Part shown: positions 11,248 through 24,720 of the stretch, in pieces
Position numbering within the stretch: the stretch's first letter is position 1
Layout of the letters: the number at the start of each line of letters is the position of its first letter
Source of the DNA: Mesotaenium endlicherianum
Lineage: Eukaryota
Assembly: GCA_009602735.1 (NCBI GenBank)
Contig: WELA01000374.1
Span: 1-64,000 of the forward strand
Direction: 5' to 3'
Length of the DNA: 64,000 nt
Notes under the pieces: generated by a model
Seen by the model: only the letters and a program-made list of their open reading frames with translations
Told to the model about the DNA's origin: nothing
Databases searched by the model: none
Made by a program: the position numbers and the translations under genes

Positions 11248-12343
11248 ATGATGAAGCAGGAGGCCCCCACGAGCAGCCCTGGGGGGGATTCGCCTTCCGG
11301 AAAGTCCAAAGGGCACTTTAGAAACTCCCCTGCAGGCCAGAGCAACGCCGCCACCTACTGGCTCCTGCTCCTGGTCGCCCCCCTCCTCGTCCTGGGGTCA
11401 GTCTTCATCTCTCACCTGCTCTCCCCTCCTCCTTATCATTCCCCTTCCAACCCGCATAGACACCCCCCACGGGCTGCTTACTCGAGTGCCTGTGAAGCTA
11501 ATCAGCTACCTATCGAGTTTGAGCAACAGCCTGCTGAGAGGCGTGTGCTACTTGTGCGGCGGTTGGGCTCCTTGTGGCCTGTGCCTGCCCGCGTGCCTGC
11601 TTGCCTGCCTGCCGGCACTGTAGTGTGCGACACTCCCCAGGCAAGCTAGCAGCTTGCACTCCCTTGCACTGTGCCAGAGGCCTTCATCAGCATCTTTACC
11701 CCCCACTTTAAGTTGCGCACTCGTTTGCTCCGTATCTCCAACCCCCCCCCCCCCTTCCCNNNNNNNNNNNNNNNNNNNNNNNNNNNNCCCCCCCCCTTCC
11801 CCCGGGCAGTCTCTCCGAGCCCCACTCCCCTCGCGTGGCATTGCCAGTGATGCATGTCCCCTCGGCTGGCTATCTCTCATGACCCTTCGAAGCTCCTCCT
11901 CTCACCTTGAAGCCCCCCTCCCCGACATGCTCCTTTTTTCTTTTTCTTCCATTCTTCTTCTTCTTCTTCTTGTTACACCGTTCCTGGCACGACTTGTTGG
12001 AAACTTATGCGCGTGCGTGCTCCGCCTATTGGAAGAAGAAGAGGAGGACTGATGACACCCGTGAAGCGACTCTGCTTCTGGCACGAGCCGCCATTGCCTT
12101 GCTGCGTGGCGCGCAAAGGTCGCATGCCACGTGTCGGCCATGCGTTGTTAGTTTGGCATTGTGACAAATGATACATTGCATGCATGTTGCGATCCGTCGC
12201 CTGCCTCCGTACAGGGTATGCAGCTTCTTCTCCTCCTCCTCCTCCTCCTGCTGCTGCTGCTGCTGCTGTAGCCTGAAGCTGGCAGGGGCGCTCAAGCTGG
12301 TGTGCAGATGTGTCACAGTTTGGCTGGCGGGGAAGATTGGGCT

Positions 12344-12403
<60 letters not shown>

Positions 12404-13183
12404 GTGCGCATACGTGCACAAACACTGGCACATGTCTCTGGGTGCATGAAAAAGCAGTTGCAGACGGAAACAGCTCACTCATGCTCACTCATGGAAGCAA
12501 CACTGACAGAAAGCCCGCTCGTTTGCTCTCTCTGCTGTGCTTGGTGGGGCTCACGCACGCACTCATGCACACACACACACACACACACACACGCACGCAC
12601 GCACGCGCGCGCAGGGGCTACATATACTTTTTTGGGCTGACTCTCCCGGGCTTCCTGGAGGGGGGCGACGCCGCCCCCTGCTCGTTCGAGATTACGCTCG
12701 GAAAGGAGGGCCTGTGGGAGGGCCCCTGGGGGACCTGGAGCCTGCCCCCCCCTTACTCAGAGGGCGACAAGAGCGGGGGGGGCGGGGCAGACCTCGGTCT
12801 CCAGGCCACAGGAGGCGAGGGAGCCGCCGCCGCCGCTGCTGCTGCTGCTGGGGGCGGCAGCGAGGCCGACGCGGAGGCGGCCCGCCACATGGCGAGCTTC
12901 TACAGGTCGCACCCGGCTTGGGCGTACTGGCGCGGGGAGGTGGTGAAGGGGTGGAGGCTGGTGGGGCCCCGCGACGAGGGGCTGGGTGTCACGGGCGGCA
13001 ACCGCAGCAGCGCAGCGGCGGAGAGGCGACTGCTGCAGGGGCTGGAGGCGGGCAGCTTCGACGTGAAAGACCCCCTCACGCTCGCGTTTGCGCGCCTGGT
13101 GGACATGCACCTGCTGCCGTGGGTCAAGTTCCCCGTGCGTGCTCCTCCTCCTGCTCCTCCTGCCGTGCCCTGCCCGCCTGATT

Positions 13184-13235
<52 letters not shown>

Positions 13236-13460
13236 NNNNNNNNNNNNNNNNNNNNNNNNNNNNNNNNNNNNNNNNNNNNNNNNNNNNNNNNNNNNNNNNN
13301 NNNNNNNNNNNNNNNNNNNNNNNNNNNNNNNNNNNNNNNNNNNNNNNNNNNNNNNNNNNNNNNNNNNNNNNNNNNNNNNNNNNNNNNNNNNNNNNNNNNN
13401 NNNNNNNNNNNNNNNNNNNNNNNNNNNNNNNNNNNNNNNNNNNNNNNNNNNNNNNNNNNN

Positions 13461-13507
<47 letters not shown>

Positions 13508-16500
13508 TGGTTCTGCGCCCTCTCTGATTAACGACACAACACGTCTGCTGGTGGGGGTGCAGGGCGTGGAGACGGGCATCGGGCGGCGGGGCATCGTGAA
13601 GCCGCAGACACTCAAGGCCATGGCCACCAACGACCGCGTACGCCTCCCTCCTCTCCTCTCCTCCCATGCTCTCTCTCTCTCCCCCTCTCTCCTTGCATCC
13701 ATCTCCACGCTCATCTCTACGTCTGTGCGTCAGCGTGTGCACACGTGTGTAGGCATAGGTGTGCGTGTGTGTGCGTCTGTGTGTGTGTGTGGGATGGGGG
13801 GGGTGTTGTGGGAGGGGGGGGGAGACTGCGTGCGCCTCTTGTGGCTGGTGGGCCTGCTGCTGTACTGAGGGAAAGGTGGGGGGGTGGGAGGGGGTGGTGA
13901 GGAAATTGGCATGGCACCTGCGGGAAGGGGGGGGATGCTCAATGTCTTCAAGGCGTTGGATATCCCCCTCCTCCTCCTGCTGCTGCTGCTGCTTCTGCCC
14001 TTGCAATTTTTTGTTGCGCATGGACTTTTTGCTTCTTCTTAACTTTCTTGTGCGGGTGTGTTATGTGACGGCCCAGACCCCATACCTGCCGACTCTTGCC
14101 TTGTTGCCACACACCCCTTGGCAGAGGCAGCAGCAAAAGAAGCACCCGCTTATCCTTCCCCACCGGCCAGAAGAGAGGCCAACGCTCGAACTCGTGATCC
14201 CTATGCTCATGTGCCGCGATGAAACCTCACACTCTCACACACACACTCACTTGCACACACACACACGCACACGCACCGATGTCTTCTACAAGAACCTGTA
14301 AATACATCTGCAAATGTACCTGTGCACGTCCTCATCTACAAGCCAAAGCCCCTCACCTTTGGGCCTTGGAAGCCACCGTGACATAGCAGAGCATTGCAGA
14401 GAGTCCTGGGGGGTGGGAGGAAGGGAGGGAGGGAGTGCAGCAGCACACACTCTCTCGGGGTGCAACAGGAAACTGCAGCCGCGGCTCTCTCACGCGCTCC
14501 TCTCGTCTGCCTCCGCTTGCAGGCTTAGCCTGCCTGCCTGCCTGCCTACCCATAAGAAGGGGGAAAGGGGGGGGGGAGGGANCTGCCTGCCTACCCATAA
14601 GAAGGGGGAAAGGGGGGGGGGGAGGGAGGGGGGATTGTTGGGCAGCAGGCATAGTAGAGTAGCAAGAGCAGTAGCGCTCTTCTCCTCCAGCGCTGCAGGC
14701 AAGGGAGTGAGGCAGCAGCCAGATGCGGCCAATGGTGGTGATGGGCCATCCTCCTAAGGGAGAGGGAGCGACAGAGAGGGAGAGAGATTTGAGAAAGGGC
14801 GCCTACATCCACTCCTGCGTCATGCTTTTGGCGTATGGTCGTTATAGCTGCAGGTTTACGACCTGGAGTAAAGTTTCTCTCTCTCTCCCTCTCCGTCTCT
14901 CGTACACGTATGAATGCGCACTGCGATGTGTCTGCAAGAAGACGCCTCTCTTCTTGTGTGCCTGTGCTTACCTGTGTGCGTCCTTGCGTGCGTGTTTGTG
15001 TGAGTGTGTGCTTGTGTAAGCGTCGTGAGGCATGCTCCTCATGTGAGCACTTCTTGTCAAATGATATACACTTGAATACGTCTCATTCCAGCCATCCACA
15101 TGTGCATGTGCGCCAACTCCCGGTGCACGTGTGCTCCCAGGCCATGAGCGCTCTCCCTCTCTCTCTTTCTCTTACACGCAAATCGTGTTCTCCCCTCCCC
15201 CCCTTCGTGTGGTGCCGCTTCTGTCACTGCTGCTGCCCGCCACTGCTACTGCTGCTGCTCCTGCTGCTGCTGCGGCGGGACAGCTGGCAGGCTGCTGCGC
15301 ACAGATCCGTGTGGTGGGCGGCAAGGTGTACTGGCGCTACGGGTCGTTCCTCAACTGGCCGCTGCGGCTGCGCCGCATCAACCTCAGCGTGCGCATGATC
15401 CAGGACGCCATCGACACCTACGACCTGCGCGGTGCGCGCGCGCGCCCTCTCCGCCTGCCTGACGCTCGCTTGCTCTCGCTCTCCGTCTCTCTCCTCCGGG
15501 TGGGCACGTGTGTGTGTGTGTGAGCGCGCATGCGTGTGCACGTGCTTGTGTGTGTGTGTGTCCTCTTCTCTGTCTCTCTCTGATTTGGGCTCGGTGTGAG
15601 CACCCGTTATGCAGCAGATACGACGCAGGCCTTTCCCGCCGGTAACAGGTTCTCGGAAAAAAAAAGACTTTCAGGCTGTTTCGGAAAATTGTGCCCCCTC
15701 CCCCCAAAACGTCTCCGGCGAGAGTGCGGTCGTATGTGCATCTCACAAGCAACATGTCACCTCGATGGCACAGACCTTTGCACAGCAGGAGAGTGAGACA
15801 AACCTTCACGGATTGCCTGTTCTCTCTTCTCTCCTCCCCCCCACCCAACACCTCCGCCCCTTCTTCCCCCCCCCCCCTTCATTTTCCAGCAGCATTTACC
15901 CCACTCTCCGTTACGTGACAAACGAAATCCAGGCCCTCATGTTTTGGGAGCAAGCAGAAGACCATCCGAGCAGCGGCCACTCGACCCCGCTGTAGAGACG
16001 GATGGCTGAGACCCGCGTATGCATCTGCTCTGCGTGCGTGCGTGCGCCTGTGCGTGGTGTGTGCGTGCTTGGGGGGTTGTGGGGCGCGGCGCCACGTGGC
16101 AGATCTAAGAGCGGAGTTCTACATCAACGCGTGCAACCAGCCCATCGGGTTCGACAACTCGCTGGCGCCCAACCGCGCGGGCTACCCCGTGTTCTCCACG
16201 CAGGTGCCAGATGGCAGCACTGACATCGGCGTGCCGGACCCGCTTGACCTGGACCTCACGGAGGACGAGCTGGCAGTGCACCGCCTGGAGCCCAGCTGGC
16301 ACCAGGTACTCACGCATACGCGCACGCACGCACACACCCACACACTAGCGCACGCACACACACGCACACGCGCGCACACGCTCTTGCTTGGCTTGCCAGC
16401 CGCCTGCCAGTCAGCAGGTGGGCAGGCTGGCATGGGTGCACATGTGAAATCAAAAAAGGAATGACGTCAACATTGCCCGTCGCATGTCATTGGGTGCAGC

Positions 16501-19235
16501 ACCGGCTGGGTGCACAGCTACTCCAACTGAGTGCGAGGGTACCCCTTGCCATGTGAGGGGGGAGGGGAGAGGAGGGCAGGGGAGGGCTCTGCGTGGCCTC
16601 CTCACTGGCTTGGCTGCTGCAGCCGCTCTCGGTTGCTCGCTGCACCCATGTGCCCCCCGCCCCACTTCCCCCCCTCCCCCTCCCCCTCCNTCTCGCCTGC
16701 TACAGCATCTCAAGCCTTCCATTGTCGCAGTGTGCTTTTTTTCTGGACAGAAACAACACACACACACACACTCACAGAGACACACAGAAAGGGACACAGA
16801 AAGGGATGGGTAGACAGGCCTGGGGGAGAAAGAGAAATGGGAACCAGCCAACTGTCGCAGGAAGAAGGCACACGCTCAGCTCTGCCCCTGCTTGCTGCTG
16901 CTGGCGGTGGTTGGGGTGCGCGTGCGGGTGGGAGAGGGGGAGCAGAAGAAGACGAAGGCGTTTTTCCGGGGGGTGGCGTCCAACTTTGCGCTCAAGGAGG
17001 GCAACTACGGCGTGAGCCCGCGCGTCCGCCTGCACTTCATGAGCGACGTGCGGCCGGACCTGCTGGACGCGCGCATCACCGCATGGGGTGGCGCCGACAG
17101 CGAGGACGCGCGCCTCGAGCTCATTGAGTAAATTAAATTTGCTCTCCTTGACTCTACTCTCAGCTGTGACTGCCCTTCCATCATTGCCAGCCCAGTCGCT
17201 CCCCAGCCCCCCCCCGGTTCTCTCTCTCCTGCTCACCCTCTTGTAATCCGTCACTTGTGATGGAGTGCACCTGTGGGGGCGTGGATGCTCCCCTGGCCCT
17301 GGAGGCTGTGGCATGGCGGGGTTGTGACATGGCCGGGGGTTTGTTGCAATGTGTGGTCGTGCGCTTGGTCAGTGGTGCCTTTCTGCTGCCCAGAGTATGT
17401 GCGTGTGTGTGTATGTGTGTGTCCTTGTGCGCAGCGTGCTCCTCCTCCTCCTCTTTCTCTCTCTCTCTCTGGCACAGGTCTGCTGCTGCTGCTGCTGCCA
17501 GGCAGACAGGCAGCAATCTCTCTCTTACGGATGAGCTGTAGCATCCATCCAGCCCCTCAGGTGACCCTCGCTCAGAATGGCCTCAATGCTCTGCCTTCGC
17601 CTTCTGCTTCATTTTCATTCCCCGCCAGTGGCGCGTGGCGCGCTTGCGACTGTTGTGGTTCTGGCGCTCTTCCTGGAGTGCACTCCTCCCACGACACGTG
17701 GGATCTCCCTTGGACCCCCTCTTGTGGGCCACACCTGGCCCTGTTGGACTGGTGCTGCCATGACAGGGTTTCACATGGAAGATTACGTGTGTGTTTGTGT
17801 GTCCTTGTGTGTTTCTCACTCTTCTTCTGATCCATATGAACGTCTTTCTTTCTGTCTTTGGTTGTGTGCCCCCCCACCTCCCCCACCCNNNNNNNNNNNN
17901 NNNNNNNNNNNNNNNNNNNNNNNNNNNNNNNNNNNNNNNNNNNNNNNNNNNNNNNNNNNNNNNNNNNNNNNNNNNCTCCCCTCCCCCCGCCCTCTCCCCC
18001 CACAGGCAGGGCTTTGAAATCGGATTCCCACTGCCGGCCGCTGAGGTGGCGCGGTACAAGTACAGCCTGGTGCCGGACGATGCTGTGGGGACCACGCGCA
18101 CGTGCGCGGCTCTGAACCGCAAGCAAGTGCCCATCCGCCAGGTGTCTGCATATGCGCAGTTCTACGAGCCCCTGCTGCTGCCAGGTGTCCACTTCGCCAA
18201 GACCAAAAGAAGGTGGGCTGTTGTGACCTGACCTTCCATGGCCCGCTTGCCCGCCGCTCACGCGTGTGCGCTTTCTTGCTTGCTCACTCTCTCACTTTCG
18301 CTCGTTTTCTAGAACGCATCGTTCCCTTCCCCTCGCGGACGCTGCCGAAGCTCCTTGATGCGCTCTTTCTCATCCCTTGCTTGTGTTCAGTAGGTTCATC
18401 TATCCAATTCCACGTCTCATGTGTTCACATGCAGACTTACACGAAGGGCAACGACCCCAGGGATGTAACTTGAGTAACGGGACACATGAGGAAGGGGGAA
18501 CAGACTTTGTCCTAGTTGCACCCGTGTGTGTCCTTGATACAGCCGTGCACCACCAGCCCCTCCCCCTGCCCCCCGCCCCCCGGCCTCCAAAAAAATCCTT
18601 TACATCCGTATGCACGCTCTCCTGCCTGTGTGTATTCAAGTCACTGTTTGCATATTCACGCTCTCCTGCCTGCGCTTGTCTAAAGTCCTGCTTGCTCGCT
18701 ACCCCGCCCGCGTTTCTTCGAGCCAGTATGCACGCTCTCCTGCCCGCGTCTCGTACAATGTGTGCACACTCTTCCGCCTGCAATTCCCATGCTCACTTCA
18801 TGCGCACGCTCTCCTTCCTGGGTGGGCAGTTTCGGCGACCTGTTTGACCTGGTGGAGTGGCTGCGCACGCACGACGTGACTGCGCACCAGATCGTGCGCA
18901 ACGCCAACCAGGTGGCGCCGTGGATCTGCACCTGGAACGGCCGCACGCTCTACTGGGCCGTCCTCATCTCCAAGTATGCCAGCCAGGCGCTCGAGGACCC
19001 CTCGGCTGTCACTGTTCCAAATGCTATCTGCAACGGGCCAGCCTTGCAGCACAGGCGGCCACCCGGGCGGGGACAGCTGTGCGTTTTGGAGGGCCCCAAC
19101 TGGGAGAGCGTGCAGTACTACACCAACTGCACGGACTTCTGCGTGAAGGGGGTGCCAGTGGAGGACTGGAAGTGGCTCTCCTCTGACTCCCTAGGAGAGG
19201 TGGAGCGTATGGATCCTTTCCACGAGGAGCCGTAA
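11248..19235 (+). CDS. Multi-exon glycosyltransferase family 90 (CAP10 domain) gene, probable type II membrane protein
   Basis: N-terminal TM segment (YWLLLLVAPLLVLGSVFI). Exon peptides CCAQIRVVGGKVY (~15285), DLRAEFYINACNQP...PVFS...DIGVPD (16102-16305), KKTKAFFRG...PRVRL (~16943), EVARYKYSLVPD...QFYEPLLLPGVHF (~18008-18220), DLFDLVEWLRTHDVTAHQIVRNA (18829-19235) match CAP10 motifs. Exon borders are approximate and there are gaps in introns. Confidence 0.8.
12346..13504. repeat. (CT)n/(GA)n, (CA)n and (GCT)n microsatellites in introns, flanking an assembly gap
   Basis: Directly visible tracts, e.g. 12346-12401 (CT)n, ~12568-12590 (CA)n, 13186-13235 (CT)n and 13461-13504 (AG)n. Confidence 0.95.
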
Positions 19236-20561
19236 GACTAAGATAGGGACTAATTAGTGAGTTCATGAACTATGCTGCTGTACCCTACTCCTTACTATAG
19301 GTACACCTTTTAGGTCTGGACAGCTGCGTAATTTTATTGCCGTATTTTGTACAAATAACAATTTTACTCGATCAATTGTAATTGGAGTGGCTTTTCCCGT
19401 TTCTGCTTGCAATAAGTAGGAATGACATCAGATGTGCACAGATATTTCTGAGATTATATCATGTGTAAGCGTATAGACTCGTCACAGAATTTTGTTTGCT
19501 ATGCATGCAGTTCCCTTTTCCAACTATGAATGCATTCCTTAAAGTGGCCAGGAAGGGCAGCGCATATAATGCTCAGGGGCGAGATCAGCTCAGAAACTCC
19601 TGAATGTTCATTCCTCAGATGCAGTGTACCTTTTCCTTAGTTCTCATTATCTTTAAGAGTAAAGCCCACGGCACTTCAAGATTGTCAGGTACAGAATGAC
19701 AATTACTTGGACATAAATTTTCACTTAAATGAATATGAGCTCACTTGAATGAGTTCCCATTCCATACAGAAAGAATGAGAGTCCAGGACATACAAAAAGA
19801 ATTATGCATAGCAAAAGTACCAAGTGCTGATAGTAAGCGTGCTACCATTGCTAGTATGCAACGCCATTGATTTACAAAAGAGAAAGTAAATGTACATCAG
19901 AGTAACAGAATAAGTTTCTCGACTACGCTCAGAGTTGTCTGCTCATTTTGAGCAACACCCTTCTTTCCTATTGTAGTCTCCGTTGAACTCGAGTACCCTA
20001 CAGCACTCTTCTTGATAGGGAAAGAATGAGGAAATGCAATTAGTCAGTGTCAGATGTGCTATATCAGATTGATGTGTACATATGCTCTGGAGGAATACCT
20101 CGAAGCCACATCTCTACCCAATCCTTTCCTTGAAAGTTGGACTTCTTCTCGCTATATACAAGTATATCACAACTAAGATCAGATCCAGTTATAACCCAGA
20201 TCAGATCCAGTTATAACCCATGCTGCTCAAGTAAGCACTTGCACTCCTAACACTTTAATGGCCCAATGAAGACCAATTGACCAGACACACCCCCCCCTCC
20301 AACTCTGATTAAGTTGAGTAGCAAAAGGAGGTCAATAGCCATCAAAGCTCGAGCCAGATCTGTAGGATCTGCCACTACCAATGGCACTCCAGCACTCCAT
20401 AGGAAGCGGGGTTGCAGATGACGATGCAGATCTTCTAGCGAGAGAAACCTTGTGAGTAGTGACGCAAGTGCCCAAATGGAACTTATCTGTAGCCTCCTTC
20501 ATCCATCAGTAAGCCAATGTCCACTAATATGAATGTGATAGCAATCTCCTTGTTTGTGCTC

Positions 20562-22147
20562 TCATGAGTAGCTGTCCAGAAGCTGCGGGAGGGGTTGCTG
20601 CTTATAATACATAGGCTCAAAGAAATCTGCCTGAGAATGAGGAGTTGGGACCATGGGAGGGGTTTGGAGAGTGCGCAGCCGCATGACCTCCTGCTGGGCC
20701 ATGGCCAGCTGATTCTGCAGTGTCCCCACCTGTAGACACAATGAGTAAAAGAAGCAAGGCATGGCATGTCAAACAAATGTGATCAACATGTTGTTACTCC
20801 AGGAAATGATGCACTCATCTGCATGAAGAAGAATCGCATTACAATATTCACCTCCTTGCATAATAGATAAATAACTCGAAAGAAGTACAAAAAATGATCA
20901 GAAACAGAAAACTGTCCTCCCATCCCTTTCACCTCCTCCCCCATGCACCATGCCAACCCTTTGTGTTCAGAAAAGAAACAGAAAACGTCGAGTGATTGTC
21001 CAGGCAGCAAGTCTCTAAAAAACTGTTCAGTCTTTTCACTACCAATACCTCTTTCTTGTAATTTAAGATTCAACAATACCTGTTGTTGAAGAGCAGAGAT
21101 GGCAGCCACACAGCCATAGATTGGATCCCTGACTCGAGCGTCGGCTTCATAAGCCAAACTGCTCGCAGCATCACTCCTTTGGTATTCAGGTAGGTCCTGT
21201 AAGTTCCATGCAGAGCGTAGCATTAAGGGCACAACTGTCAGATAACATTAAATATTTCATGATAGCAGACACCTCTCCTAGTATTCATGAAAGTGTGTCG
21301 GTTGGCAAGCTGTAATTCATGGGCCATCTAAGCAGGATATGAGTCCCATATGTTAGGGCATTCTTTAACGGGCCTGACATGACATTCTTGAACAAGCTTG
21401 ACAGTATCTTAAACAACTTCATCAGCAACCAGATGCCATCACATTCCATGTCCTCATTCCTCTCACAGCTAAACCAGAGCTGGGCTTCAGAACCATAGAA
21501 TGACCTTCATAGCATAAGAAAACTGCATGCTTAGGCTGCACACGGTTCTCTTGAACAGGTACTATACACGAACACAGGTTGAAGAAGACAACATCATATA
21601 ACAAAGATCTACAGAATTCTTGACCTCACTTAAAACCATGACTAACTTATAGTTGCCCGCCATTCTAGCAGTATGCAAGGTTCAGCAGGACCTCAAACAT
21701 GACAGCTTCTGCATAGGAACAAGAATCACAGACAGTCCTTGTGTTAGCAACTAAAGCAAGCTCAAGACCTTGGCAAGAAGTAGACCACAGTTGTACGTCT
21801 ACTCGATCACAACCTCGGCCTTATACCCAGTAGTTTTTGCCAGCATGCACAGTCTTCTATCTGAAGACATGTAAACGGCAAGAATGGCCAGTGACAAAGC
21901 TACAGGACCACAACAGATCTGATCATAACCTCCACTAAGTAGGCAGAACTCCAACCAATACCTGCAGCATCTTGGCGACGTTTGATGCTCCAAAGACGCG
22001 ATGGACATTTGCAAACCGGTTCGGCTCGTCATTAGGAAAGTAAGGCGCAAACAGGCACTCTTTTGCGCAACGTCTTCTTAGAAGCTTGCAGGCTGCGCAT
22101 GGGGAGGACCCTGTAACAAGACCCATTGAAGCTGCCGATCCTGGCAT
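20562..22147 (-). CDS. LBD: Class I LOB-domain (LBD/ASL) transcription factor; exons 22147-21962, 21196-21080, 20729-20562
   Basis: CAACKLLRRRCAKEC (CX2CX6CX3C), FANVHRVFGASNV (GAS block), EADARVRDPIYGCV, and leucine-zipper-like LQQQVGTLQNQL. GT-AG phase-0 introns join in frame. Confidence 0.93.
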
Positions 22148-24720
22148 TAAAATTTCACAATCCGGGGAATAAATCTTGGCAAGATCAGAGTCACCAAGAT
22201 CAGGAAACTGAACGGTGTGCTAAAGATGATAGCAGAAGAGACGGAAAGATCGCTGTTTAATCAGAAAGATTTTGACAGTAGTCAGCATAGATCTCTCAGA
22301 TGGGGCGCACCTTCCGTGTTGAGTCCTAAGCCATAAGTCAGCTTGGCTGAGGTTCTGTAATACGATATCATCAATACGCTATTTCCGCTGATTTTCACCT
22401 TGACCATGAAGCGACTTCCTTTTTGGAAGGCCTCGTGTGACAAGTCGCAGCGGCTTCTCCTGAGCTTTCAAGAAACCACGTCAGTCCTTTACACACGTAT
22501 GATCCCAAAATCATTGGAAAAAGTCTAGTTCAAGTGTGCAGATGTTTGGGGTCCATCTTCGGCAATTCTCACAATTTTCCACAATTTCGAGATTCTCTCC
22601 AATTTCGGTGAATAGTGGTTTTAAGCACAGCTTAAAAGGTCTAATGTCGACATGCATCTAGTAGCTTTGGGCGGTAGAAGGGAAATAGCTGCCGTCCGTT
22701 CCTTGACGCTCGCGGCATGTTGCATAATGTTGCATGTTTCTGTCGCATCACGTGCACCGCGAGCTCACATACACAGCTTTCTTGATGGAGTTTGTCACGA
22801 CATTGATCTGATTGGGTACGAAATTCGAACTGATATGACTTGCACATAAAGCCTCATTAGACTGTTGTACTCGAACCAACTCGGACCCACTCGAACCCAC
22901 TCGAACCAGGTCGAATCAAATTCGGTTATCTCCAACATCCTTGTAGCAAGGATCCACTAATGGTGTGACAGTTGTTGGTCAAGCTGAAGAAGAAACTTTG
23001 ACTCGAGGCCAAGAATTTTAGGTCGAACACTTGGCAGAATAAACAAGTATTTGTCAGACTTGCTGGTGCGCAACCAGGCGCAACGTACTTCGCACTCCCT
23101 CGTGCACCCGCGTGAGTCGTTTCACCAACCTCTGGAAACCATTCGAAATGCTTCCGCTCGGAAGATGCCCGATTCGGCATGATGACCAGAATGCCTGCAA
23201 GATTGAACGTTCGATAAGTTTAACGAACGAAGGAACAGGGTCGCTATCACTTGCGTAAGTTCACCATCGTCCATCATGGTCCATCGTCGATTCGTCGATG
23301 ATCGATATTCATGCTTGTTCATCCTCGATCGTACTTCCATAGATCCACTCTTACCAGCGCGCTCCAGCGTCATGTCCATTTGTCCACCACACCTGACCAC
23401 ACCAGTCCCAACGATGGGCGCTTATGCAGTCCCTGTCACACGGAATCACGTTCCAGTTTCACAGTCGGTGGCCCGCTCGTCTTCTCTCGTCTTGCTTTCA
23501 CTTCGGTCGGCGCCTAAGGGATGGGCCATGGCCGCCTAGATAAGATTCTGGAGCAAATGGTAAGCATTTCCTCGCCCATCTTAAATTGCAACGTGAAATA
23601 GCTCGTCACATTTGCTATACAGCTAGGATCCAGCAAACACATTTTTGCCATTTATATTGAATCTTTTGAGAAAGTTTCAACTCTAGGATATTGAGTTATT
23701 GCATAGGACGTACATAACTTAGATTTCTCTAGCAGTAGAGTCTACGGGAAGCACGGCCATATTAAGAAGGGTACTCATACATCTCTACGCTCACGGGATT
23801 ACTAAAAGAAATGCATGTGACTGGGAATAGCCCCTTTGAGCCACAAATGTGTAATACAAATCCATCAACAATGTATGTCTTCAAATCAAGGCGAGAGGCA
23901 ACATGTAGCTGTTACACTCTACAAAAACACTTTTGCACCAAGACATAGGTCCCCTGCCCCTTCTTTTCTTTCCTGCACCATTGTTGATGCAAGTGTCAAG
24001 GTTATGCCCATATTCATGGGCTAGCGTGGAGTGGAGTCCATGTAGCAACCCTGAATGCATGGTGCAAGCTTGTAGCATTGAATATACTTTACTTTTCACA
24101 GAGTTCAAGTTGCTTCTTGCTTAGTTAGTCATAAGTAATCAGTTGAGCTCCTATTATCTTAGTGATCCTTGTAGAAGATGCTCCAAAGGTTCATGAGACA
24201 CATAAAGAAGCTTTCTACGATTGATTCAATACCCAGTTTATTGGTCTCTATATTTTTGCTTGCAGTGTTTGTCTTGTTGTAATCAATGAACACCATGGAT
24301 GTTGCACTAATATGATGAAATGTACATAACTTATGATGTTTAGTAAGGTAGTTTGCCCTATTTTGTAACGTACTCGTGACATGCCAAATGTATACGCGAC
24401 TTGCACAATTGCTGCATTTGTGGATATATTTCCTTGGATGAGATTATCTTGATTTGAATATATGAGAACTCTTTAATTTCGCAACAATTTGCTGAGATTT
24501 TGATTTGGAAAGTTGTTGCAAGTGATTAGAAAAAATTCTTCATGCATACCACATATCACCGCGTTCGTATCTACATCCATGAAGGATGAGGACATTCCAA
24601 ATCCATTTGACAGTATAATATTCTTGTTATGTCAGCACACCCCCTACCACGTATATAGTAAGAAGCTGTAACATGTCACCTTTGAAAGAAGAATTAACGC
24701 ACGTTTATAAAACCGTAATT

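Noticed and set aside
20177..20220. 22-bp direct duplication GATCAGATCCAGTTATAACCCA
   Set aside because: Two adjacent units with no spacer; a simple slippage duplication, not CRISPR-like.
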